From Gemmatimonadota bacterium (GTDB lineage: Bacteria > Latescibacterota > UBA2968 > UBA8231), in NCBI GenBank assembly GCA_038128265.1, contig JAYPJE010000021.1, positions 1 through 54,015 on the forward strand: a stretch of DNA of 54,015 nucleotides, given 5' to 3'. The position numbers and the translations under genes were made by a program. Position 1 is the first letter of the stretch. Each line of letters begins with the position of its first letter. Positions 46,594 to 54,015 of this stretch are shown here, piece after piece. A model generated the notes under the pieces. It searched no databases. It saw only the letters and a program-made list of their open reading frames with translations, and was not told where the DNA came from.

Positions 46594-47835
46594 ATGAAAG
46601 ACCTAGTCGTTGCCGTAATGGCCCTTTTGCTGGGGTACTTAGGACCCCAGAGATACCATCCGAGCCCATTTGACCCGCTTTGGCTGCTGGGTATGGTTGT
46701 GCTAGTGGCCTATTCGTGCGGTCAGATGGCGCGTGGGCTGCGCCTGCCTTCCATGGTGGGTTGGATCGGCGCTGGTCTAGTGATGGGTAGCGCTGGTCTG
46801 GGCCTGGTCGTTCCCGAGACGGGCGATATGCTGCGCCTTGTTCGCGATGCCGCAGTGCTATGGATTGCCTTCCAAGTGGGTCTGCAGGTGTGGCCACTGG
46901 CCTGGTTGGACTGGAAGCGCGCCGGCGTGCTGCTAGCCTCTACGCTGGGCGTGTGTGCCGCGGTGACTGCGGGGGTGGGTTTTTTCTTGCCGCTGCCCTG
47001 GTGGGTAGCGCTGCTGCTGGGCGCCTTGGCCTGTGCGTGGGGCCCCTTTACAGGTGCGCCGACGACGCGACGACGCCAGGCTCTACAAGTGGGCCTTATT
47101 GGCGTTGCCTTTAGTACCTGCACCCTCAGTGCCGTTATGCTGTGGTTGCAGGTAAAAGGCGCGCTATCGGTGGACACGGCGGGTTTTGTCGGGCGCTTCT
47201 GGCTGTCGTTTGTCCTAGGGGCTGCAAGTGCCGGTGTGGTGCGCTTCTTCTCCCTCTTGCCTGGATCCATTCGCGGTCTGTTGTTCAGCCTGTTCTTCTC
47301 CTGCTTCGCACTGGCAGCCCTTTTCTCGACGCTGCATCTGCACCCTTTGCCCTTCGGCTTTGCGGCTGGGGCGGTATTGGCTCGTCAGGCAAAAGTGGGC
47401 CGTCGCCTTCGCTATGTGCTGTTTCGCGTCGGCCCCATACCGCTGCTGCTGTACTTTTCCCTCTTGGGTGCGCAATTGGATGTGCGTTCGCTGGCAGTGC
47501 CTGCACCGGGTCTGCTGCTCGTCGTGCTCGTATCCATTGGCGCCTTGCTCGCGCTGCGCGGCGTAGTGCCGGCCGTGTACTTGCGCTTTTCCACGGGGCG
47601 GGCACAGCGCGACCTCGGCTGGCAGTTGCTGCCGCGCGGCGTGCTGGTATTCGAACTGTGCTTTGCGCCGGCATTTGACCTGTTGGATACACTATCCGGC
47701 GAGCACGCATTACTCCTGCGCCAGTTTGCGCTGAGCGATATACTGGTTTCGACGTTGCTATATGTGATGTTGGCACGTGCGGCACAGTACATCTCCGAGC
47801 GCATGCAGTCCAGAAAGCAGCCGCGTCCGGCCTAA
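46594..47835 (+). CDS. Polytopic membrane protein, weakly cation:proton antiporter-like
   Basis: About 11-12 hydrophobic segments; LRLPSMVGWIGAGLVMG, YFSLLGAQLD and LLPRG resemble CPA-family helices. Confidence 0.55.
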   Translation: MKDLVVAVMALLLGYLGPQRYHPSPFDPLWLLGMVVLVAYSCGQMARGLRLPSMVGWIGAGLVMGSAGLGLVVPETGDMLRLVRDAAVLWIAFQVGLQVWPLAWLDWKRAGVLLASTLGVCAAVTAGVGFFLPLPWWVALLLGALACAWGPFTGAPTTRRRQALQVGLIGVAFSTCTLSAVMLWLQVKGALSVDTAGFVGRFWLSFVLGAASAGVVRFFSLLPGSIRGLLFSLFFSCFALAALFSTLHLHPLPFGFAAGAVLARQAKVGRRLRYVLFRVGPIPLLLYFSLLGAQLDVRSLAVPAPGLLLVVLVSIGALLALRGVVPAVYLRFSTGRAQRDLGWQLLPRGVLVFELCFAPAFDLLDTLSGEHALLLRQFALSDILVSTLLYVMLARAAQYISERMQSRKQPRPA

Positions 47836-47898
47836 GCCCCATCCGGTCTAAAATTGTGGATTCCTCGGCCTTTCTTTATATTGTAAGATTCTATTTTT

Positions 47899-48588
47899 AT
47901 GGACTCTATACGCGAAAATTGGCTCGTTTTGCGCGAGCGCATTGCCCGGGCCGCCGATGCGTCAGGGCGCCAGAGCGACGATATCGAAGTGGTCGCCGTC
48001 AGCAAAACGCGCAGCGCAGCGGAGATCGATGCCGCCTATGCCTGCGGTTTGCGCATTGTCGGTGAGAATCGCGTGCAGGAGGCCGAGGGCAAAAAGGACG
48101 CGGTCGAGTCGCCCGTTTCTTGGCATATGATAGGTCACTTGCAGAGCAATAAAGCGGGCAAGGCTATCGAGCTATTTGACGTGGTGCAGTCGGTCGATCG
48201 CCTGAGCTTGGCGCAGGCGCTGGCGCGCAGAGCTGAAGGCACTGGACGCTGTCTCGATGTCCTGCTGCAGGTCAATACGGCCGGCAGCGCGAGTCAGTCG
48301 GGTGCCGATCCAGAACGGGTGTGCGAGCTGGCTGAACAGGTGGCCGCGCTGTCGAGTTTGCGCATCTGTGGGCTGATGACGATTGGCGCTCATAGCACAG
48401 ACGAGTGCTTGGTGCGCGACAGCTTTGCCCGGCTGCGTCGGCTCGGCGAAGAGGTCGAGGCCGCCGGGTTGGAAGGCGTGCAAATGCGGCATCTCTCAAT
48501 GGGGATGAGCGGCGATTTCGAGTGGGCCATTGCCGAGGGATCCAACTTGCTCCGCTTGGGAACCGCGCTATTTGGCGCGCGCAGTTGA
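47899..48588 (+). CDS. yggS: PLP homeostasis protein
   Basis: VAVSKT, GENRVQE, WHMIGHLQSNK, GLMTIG, LSMGMSGDF..AI.EGS...R.GTALFG. Confidence 0.95.
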   Translation: MDSIRENWLVLRERIARAADASGRQSDDIEVVAVSKTRSAAEIDAAYACGLRIVGENRVQEAEGKKDAVESPVSWHMIGHLQSNKAGKAIELFDVVQSVDRLSLAQALARRAEGTGRCLDVLLQVNTAGSASQSGADPERVCELAEQVAALSSLRICGLMTIGAHSTDECLVRDSFARLRRLGEEVEAAGLEGVQMRHLSMGMSGDFEWAIAEGSNLLRLGTALFGARS

Positions 48589-48638
48589 TCGCTCACTCTG
48601 GGCGTTGGCTCTGTGCAAACTAGACGACGGAGAACGAT

Positions 48639-48923
48639 GTGTTCGACTACAGTGGCTTTTCCGATGGGATAATCGGTATACTAATCTCTCTCATAACAGT
48701 CTACAAGTGGGTCGTCATTATCCGCGTGTTAATTTCGTGGATCAATCCCGATCCCTACAATCCCATCGTGCAGTTTCTACGCGGATTAACGGATCCGGCC
48801 ATTGAGGCCGTGCGCCGTATCGTTCCGAATTTTCTCTGGTCTACGGGATTGGATTTTACGCCGCTCCTGCTCATCGTATTTCTGCAGGTCGTCATACTCT
48901 TTCTCCAAAGTATTATTATCTGA
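48639..48923 (+). CDS. yggT: YggT family membrane protein
   Basis: IIRVLISWINPDPYNPIVQFL..LTDP, GLDFTP. Confidence 0.92.
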   Translation: MFDYSGFSDGIIGILISLITVYKWVVIIRVLISWINPDPYNPIVQFLRGLTDPAIEAVRRIVPNFLWSTGLDFTPLLLIVFLQVVILFLQSIII

Positions 48924-48926
48924 GCT

Positions 48927-51900
48927 ATGGCCGATAACAACACCGCAAAAGGGCAGTTTAGTGAGGTGCCCAATCAGGCCAACTTTCCCGCTCAGGAAGA
49001 GCAGCTGTTGGCATTCTGGCAGGAGGAAAACGTCTTTGCGCGCTCGGTTGACGAACGGTCCGAAGAGAAACGCTTCACGTTTTACGACGGTCCGCCCTTT
49101 GCCAGCGGTCTGCCGCACTACGGCCATCTCTTAGCGTCCATTATTAAGGATGTCGTTCCGCGTTACTGGACAATGCGCGGCTACCGCGTCGAGCGGCGCT
49201 TTGGCTGGGACTGCCACGGGCTGCCGGTCGAAAACGAAGTGGAGCAGCAGCTCGATCTAAAGTCGCGTCCGGACATTCTCGACTACGGCGTCGATCGTTT
49301 TAATGAGGCCTGCCGCGACGTCGTTCTGCGCTACGCCGGCGAGTGGGAGCGCTTCATAACGCGCGTCGGCCGCTGGGTCGATTGGTCCAATCAGTACCGC
49401 ACCATGGACGTCGAATTTATGGAGTCGGTGTGGTGGGTCTTCAAAACGCTGTGGGACAAGGGGCTGATCTACGAGGGCTATAAGTCGCTGGCGTACTGCC
49501 CGCGCTGCGCCACGCCGCTTTCCAACTTTGAAGTCAATCAGGGCTACCAGCAGACCCAAGATCCGTCGGTGACGGTGCGCTTTGGGGTGCGCGATCAGGA
49601 GCGGCTGTCCATTCTGGCATGGACGACGACGCCGTGGACGCTGCCCTCCAATATGGGACTAGCCGTCGGCGGCGACATTGAGTACGTGCGCGTGCACCTG
49701 CGGGACGGCGAGCAACTCATCTTGGCCAAGGCGCGTCTCAAAGAGGTGTTCAAGCGCAGCGAGGGCGACATTGAGCGGGTTGAAGAACAGCCGGTGCAGG
49801 AGCTGGTCGGCCTCCACTACGAGCCGCTATTTCCCTATTTCGCCGAACTGGCAGACGAGGGAGCCTTTCGCGTCGTGCAGGCTGATTTCGTGTCGACCGA
49901 AGACGGCACGGGTATCGTGCACATCGCCCCCGGCTTTGGCGAGGACGACTACCAGCTCGGCCAGCGCGAGGGCCTGCCGACGGTGGCGCCGATAGATGAA
50001 GACTGTCGCTTTACGGACGAAGTGCCCGACTATCAGGGGCGCTTTGTAAAAGAAGTCGACCGCGATATTATTCGCGCGCTGCGCGACAGCGGCAAACTGC
50101 TAGTCGAAAGCACCATCGAGCACAGCTACCCGTTTTGCTGGCGCTGCGACTCGCCGCTCATCTACCGCGCCGTGTCGACCTGGTATGTGAACGTAGAGTC
50201 GATTAAAGACAAGATGCTGAAGGCCAATGCGCAGATTTGGTGGGTGCCTGAGCACATAAAAGACGGCCGCTTTGGGCGCTGGTTGGAAGGCGCGCGCGAT
50301 TGGGCCATCAGCCGCAATCGCTACTGGGGCACGCCGCTGCCGATCTGGCGCAACGAGGAAACCGGCGAGGTGGTGTGCATCGGCAGTCGCGAAGAGTTGG
50401 AAAAACTGAGCGGGCGCACAGTTGACGATTTGCACAAGCACGTCATCGACGATATTGAGATTGCCGGTAAGGAGGGCACGCTGCGTCGCGTCCCAGAGGT
50501 GCTGGACTGCTGGTTCGAATCGGGGTCCATGCCCTATGCTCAGAACCACTATCCATTCGATAACAAAGAGCAGGTCGACGCCAATTTTCCCGCCGAGTTT
50601 ATCTCGGAGGGGCTCGACCAGACGCGCGGGTGGTTCTATACGCTGACGGTGCTGGCCGCTGCCCTCTTCGACAAGCCGGCCTTCAAGAACTGCATCGTCT
50701 CGGGTATGCTACTAGCCGAAGATGGTCGGAAGATGAGCAAGCGGCTCAAAAACTATCCCGAGCCGACGGAGATGATTGATAAATACGGGGCCGACGCCCT
50801 GCGCCTCTATCTGCTCAACTCGCCGGCGCTCAAGGCCGAGGAACTGCGCCTGACAGAAGACGGTATCAAGGAAAGCCTGCGCTCGGTAATCATACCGCTA
50901 TGGAGTTCGTACTACTTTTTTGCGATGTATGCGCGGACGGACAATTGGCAGCCGCAGGTTGGCGATCGCGTTCGCTCGGAAAATCGACTCGATCGCTGGA
51001 TTCTCTCCGAATTGCAGACGCTGCTGCGCGATCTCAACGCCGAAATGGAGGCCTATCGCCTCTATAAGACGGTGCCGGCCATGGTCAGCTTTGTCGATAA
51101 GCTCACGAATTGGTATATCCGCCGCAGTCGCCGTCGTTTCTGGAAGTCGGAGGACGATGCCGATAAAGGGTCTGCCTACGCCACGCTCTACGAGGTGTTG
51201 GTCACCTTTAGCAAGGCACTGGCGCCCGTGCTCCCCTTTATTACGGAGAGCATCTACCAGAACCTAGTGCGTTCGCACGATGCGCAGGCTCCAACCAGCG
51301 TGCATCTATGTGCCATGCCGCAGGCCGACGAGTCGCTGCGCGACGCACAGCTAGAAGCGCAAATGGAACTGGCCACGCGCGCCGTGGTTCTCGGTCGTTC
51401 CCTGCGCGCAAAGCACAACCTGAAAACGCGCCAACCGCTGCGGCGTCTGTTTCTATTGCCGCCGGACGAGCAGGCGCGCCGCGACCTGCAGGACATGGTG
51501 TCGCTGCTAGCCGACGAACTCAACGTCAAAGAAGTTGTCTTGGTCGAAGACGAAACTGAGTTCAGTCAGGTGAGCTATCGCCCCAACTTCCGCGCGCTGG
51601 GGCCGCGCTTTGGCAAGCGCATGAAAGAAGTGGGCGCATTTATCGCCGGGCTCGACGATGCGCAGATCGATGCGCTGCGCGCCGGCGGTGTGATCGACGT
51701 GGCCGACGGAAAGATTAGCATGGACGATATTGACGTGCAGCGCCAGGAAAAGGAGGGCGTTGTCGTCGCCATTGACAACAATCTGGGTGTTGGCATCGAC
51801 GTGCAGCTCGACGACGAGCTTATATCGGAATGCACGGCGCGCGAGTTTGTTAATCGCGTGCAAAATATGCGCAAAGATGCCGGTCTCGACGTGGCCGACC

Positions 51901-52091
51901 GCATTCGCATTGGCGTCGTCGGACAGTCCGAACTGCAGGAGGCGGTTGCGCAGCACCGCGACTATATTGCCGCTGAGACGCTGGCATTGGATATTGAAAT
52001 GGGAGGTCTGCCCTCTTCCAGCGTGTTGCAACAAGAATGGCAGGTAAACAATTACGCGGGCACGATAGGCATTGCTCGCGCGCACAACTGA
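48927..52091 (+). CDS. ileS: Isoleucine--tRNA ligase, type 2
   Basis: FYDGPPFASGLPHYGH, GWDCHGLPVE, WTTTPWTLP, DWAISRNRYWG, DQTRGWF, KMSKR; type-2 C-terminus without Zn finger. Confidence 0.97.
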   Translation: MADNNTAKGQFSEVPNQANFPAQEEQLLAFWQEENVFARSVDERSEEKRFTFYDGPPFASGLPHYGHLLASIIKDVVPRYWTMRGYRVERRFGWDCHGLPVENEVEQQLDLKSRPDILDYGVDRFNEACRDVVLRYAGEWERFITRVGRWVDWSNQYRTMDVEFMESVWWVFKTLWDKGLIYEGYKSLAYCPRCATPLSNFEVNQGYQQTQDPSVTVRFGVRDQERLSILAWTTTPWTLPSNMGLAVGGDIEYVRVHLRDGEQLILAKARLKEVFKRSEGDIERVEEQPVQELVGLHYEPLFPYFAELADEGAFRVVQADFVSTEDGTGIVHIAPGFGEDDYQLGQREGLPTVAPIDEDCRFTDEVPDYQGRFVKEVDRDIIRALRDSGKLLVESTIEHSYPFCWRCDSPLIYRAVSTWYVNVESIKDKMLKANAQIWWVPEHIKDGRFGRWLEGARDWAISRNRYWGTPLPIWRNEETGEVVCIGSREELEKLSGRTVDDLHKHVIDDIEIAGKEGTLRRVPEVLDCWFESGSMPYAQNHYPFDNKEQVDANFPAEFISEGLDQTRGWFYTLTVLAAALFDKPAFKNCIVSGMLLAEDGRKMSKRLKNYPEPTEMIDKYGADALRLYLLNSPALKAEELRLTEDGIKESLRSVIIPLWSSYYFFAMYARTDNWQPQVGDRVRSENRLDRWILSELQTLLRDLNAEMEAYRLYKTVPAMVSFVDKLTNWYIRRSRRRFWKSEDDADKGSAYATLYEVLVTFSKALAPVLPFITESIYQNLVRSHDAQAPTSVHLCAMPQADESLRDAQLEAQMELATRAVVLGRSLRAKHNLKTRQPLRRLFLLPPDEQARRDLQDMVSLLADELNVKEVVLVEDETEFSQVSYRPNFRALGPRFGKRMKEVGAFIAGLDDAQIDALRAGGVIDVADGKISMDDIDVQRQEKEGVVVAIDNNLGVGIDVQLDDELISECTAREFVNRVQNMRKDAGLDVADRIRIGVVGQSELQEAVAQHRDYIAAETLALDIEMGGLPSSSVLQQEWQVNNYAGTIGIARAHN

Positions 52092-52162
52092 AGGGTTGGT
52101 GCTCAAAGCGACGCGATGGTAACTACGCACCGATCTATAGCTACTGAAGCGGAGACGAGTGA

Positions 52163-52546
52163 ATGAATCAGGACGATCTGGATTTCTTTAGAAAACTTAT
52201 CGCAGAAAAAATTGAACTGACAAATGAGAATGTGGCCGCCATCGAAAAAAATTCGCGCAACGACGGCAGCGACGGCACGTCGGAAGATCGCTCGACCTAT
52301 TCGCTGCACATGGCCGATCACGGGACCGATGCGATGGAGCGCGAAAAGTCGCTGCTGCTGGCCCAGCGCGGCGGCGACTACTTGGACTATTTGAACGAGG
52401 CGCTTGAGCGCGTGGAAAACGGTACGTTTGGCGTCTGCCGCACCTGTAGCGGTGAGATTGGTCGTGCGCGTCTAGAGGCGGTGCCGACGGCTACGCAGTG
52501 CATTGCCTGCAAGTCAAAGCGCGAAAAGGAGTCACACGACGCGTGA
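52163..52546 (+). CDS. TraR/DksA family C4 zinc-finger regulator
   Basis: HMADHGTD tip, ALER...GTFGVCRTC...I...RLEAVP....CIAC. Confidence 0.9.
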   Translation: MNQDDLDFFRKLIAEKIELTNENVAAIEKNSRNDGSDGTSEDRSTYSLHMADHGTDAMEREKSLLLAQRGGDYLDYLNEALERVENGTFGVCRTCSGEIGRARLEAVPTATQCIACKSKREKESHDA

Positions 52547-53037
52547 ATCCGCTGTGGCTGGTGCCCGTAACTATTGCCATCGACCAGTCGACCAAGTGGG
52601 TGGTCCAGAGCACTATGATGCGCGGCATGCCGGTAGAGGTAATCGGCGACTTTTTTCGCCTTACCTACATTCACAATCCCGGGGCGGCCTTTGGTCTCAA
52701 CTTGGGGAGCCCACTGCTGCACACGGTCGTTTCCATTGCGGCACTGGGCGTATTGGTCTACCTGTATCGCACGCTGGAGCCCGGTGAGCAGCTGCTGCGC
52801 TATGGGTTGAGTTTGGTGCTTGGTGGGGCCGTTGGCAATATAATCGACCGCGTCTACCTGCACGAGGTGGTCGATTTCTTCGATTTTGGTTTTGGCCAGA
52901 TGCGCTGGCCCATCTTTAACTTTGCCGATTCATTTGTCACCGTGGGCGTTTTTCTGCTGTTCTTTGGCTATTCGCGCAAGGAACGGGAAGAAAGGGCGAA
53001 AGCCGCTGCGTCCGAAGGCGACGCGACGCACGGATAG
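52543..53037 (+). CDS. lspA: Signal peptidase II
   Basis: DQSTK, NPGAAFG, GGAVGNIIDR, VVDF, FNFAD; GTG overlaps the upstream stop. Confidence 0.95.
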   Translation: MNPLWLVPVTIAIDQSTKWVVQSTMMRGMPVEVIGDFFRLTYIHNPGAAFGLNLGSPLLHTVVSIAALGVLVYLYRTLEPGEQLLRYGLSLVLGGAVGNIIDRVYLHEVVDFFDFGFGQMRWPIFNFADSFVTVGVFLLFFGYSRKEREERAKAAASEGDATHG

Positions 53038-53050
53038 ATTGATTGCTCCC

Positions 53051-54010
53051 ATGCAAATCGAAGTAGGAGAGGTCGAGGTTGATCAGCGCCTCGACCTCTT
53101 TTTGCGAGCGCACTGTCCCGAACTGTCGCGCAGCCGCATTCAATCCCTCATAAAAGAGGGCCGCGTGCAGGTAAACGGTGCGGAGGTCCGTCCGGCTTAC
53201 CTGGTGCAGGCGGGTGATCGTATTGCGGTTGAAGTACCGGAGCCGCAGCCCTTAGCGGCAGAGCCTGAGTCCATACCCCTCGACATAGTCTACGAAGATG
53301 CCGAGCTGCTGGTCGTAAATAAAGCGCCGGGCATGACGGTGCACCCGGCGCCGGGTGCACGCGCGGGTACGCTGGTCAACGCGCTGCTGCACTACTGCAC
53401 GGATCTATCTGGAATTAATGGCGTGCTGCGGCCGGGCATCGTCCATCGACTCGACAAGGATACCAGCGGCCTGATGGTAGTTGCCAAATCGGATGCGGCC
53501 CACCGCCACTTGGCCGAACAGCTACAGGAACGCCATATTGAGCGCCGCTACAGCGCGCTGGTTTGGGGCACGCCCAAGGAAGAAAGCGGCGCGGTCGATG
53601 CCCCGCTGGGCCGCAATCCAAAAAATCGCAAAAAAATGGGCATAGTCGAAGACGGTCGCGCAGCGCGCACGCACTACCAAACCGTCGAGCGCTACGATTT
53701 TACCAGCCTGCTTCAGCTCAAATTAGACACGGGGCGCACGCACCAAATCCGCGTGCATATGCAGCATATCGGCCATCCCGTATTTGGCGACTCCGTGTAT
53801 GCGGGCCGCGAGCGCACGGAGGGTATACGCCCTGAGATGCGTCGCCGCGCGCGCTGGATGCTGAGCTTGATAAAGCGGCAGGCACTGCACGCGCGGGAGC
53901 TGCATTTTACCCATCCGCTGAGCGGTGAGCGCATGGCGTTTAGCGCGGAATGGCCGGACGATATGAGGGATGTGGTGGAGGCTGCTCGTGTTCGAGAGGA
54001 CACGGCATAG
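53051..54010 (+). CDS. rluD: RluA-family pseudouridine synthase with S4 domain (RluD-like)
   Basis: RLDLFL...SRSRIQ S4 domain, VVNKAPG..VHP, VHRLDKDTSG, TGRTHQIRVH, GHP..GD..Y, QALHA. Confidence 0.9.
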   Translation: MQIEVGEVEVDQRLDLFLRAHCPELSRSRIQSLIKEGRVQVNGAEVRPAYLVQAGDRIAVEVPEPQPLAAEPESIPLDIVYEDAELLVVNKAPGMTVHPAPGARAGTLVNALLHYCTDLSGINGVLRPGIVHRLDKDTSGLMVVAKSDAAHRHLAEQLQERHIERRYSALVWGTPKEESGAVDAPLGRNPKNRKKMGIVEDGRAARTHYQTVERYDFTSLLQLKLDTGRTHQIRVHMQHIGHPVFGDSVYAGRERTEGIRPEMRRRARWMLSLIKRQALHARELHFTHPLSGERMAFSAEWPDDMRDVVEAARVREDTA

Positions 54011-54015
54011 CTCCG

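Noticed and set aside
48880..48926. T-box leader before ileS
   Set aside because: ileS starts 3 nt after the yggT stop, leaving no room, and no T-box motif is present
263..52130. Many long antisense or alternate-frame ORFs in the track (e.g. 263-1039, 26906-27589, 40442-41197, 42027-42770, 51507-52130)
   Set aside because: Shadow ORFs of GC-rich genes; they overlap well-supported CDSs and carry no motifs
1..54015. CRISPR array, tRNA/rRNA genes, transposases, integrases, phage or defence genes
   Set aside because: No regularly spaced repeats, cloverleaf motifs or matching protein motifs were seen; nearly all DNA is explained by ordinary genes

Overview
A 54-kb stretch of GC-rich bacterial chromosome made mostly of housekeeping and accessory metabolic genes. 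The yggS-yggT-ileS(type 2)-dksA/traR-lspA-rluD cluster, fused secDF and SLBB/Wzz export pair suggest an FCB-related lineage such as Latescibacterota; this is inference only. Contents in order: GT2, argC, tatD; rfbB-SLBB export-Wzz-dut; a stand-alone sigma-70 region-4 protein; a coxM/coxS/moaD cluster with no large subunit; MATE; a TetR-OMF-MFP-RND efflux operon; DUF6807-like gene; orphan hybrid histidine kinase; wecB; dnaE; TlpA; map; a second GT2; isomerase; uridine-kinase-like gene; macrodomain; ABC+DUF1854 operon; DcyD-like enzyme; glcD/glcE; XdhC; enolase-superfamily enzyme; polyprenyl synthase; apbE; secDF; and the ileS cluster. I saw no rRNA, tRNA, CRISPR array or transposase. The most interesting observations are: (1) a sigma-4-only protein with a degenerate -35-reading helix, behind a sigma54-type promoter, a structured ~175-nt leader and three TGCA-N5-TGCA palindromes; (2) a GT2 resembling the eukaryotic queuosine-tRNA galactosyltransferase B3GNTL1/QTGAL; (3) a 58-aa double CxxCxGxG zinc-finger ORF missing from the ORF track; (4) a 19-codon ORF where coxL should be, possibly a deletion scar; (5) a frameshifted relic paralogue of the kinase N-terminus. 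All family assignments come from motif recognition by eye, not database searches.
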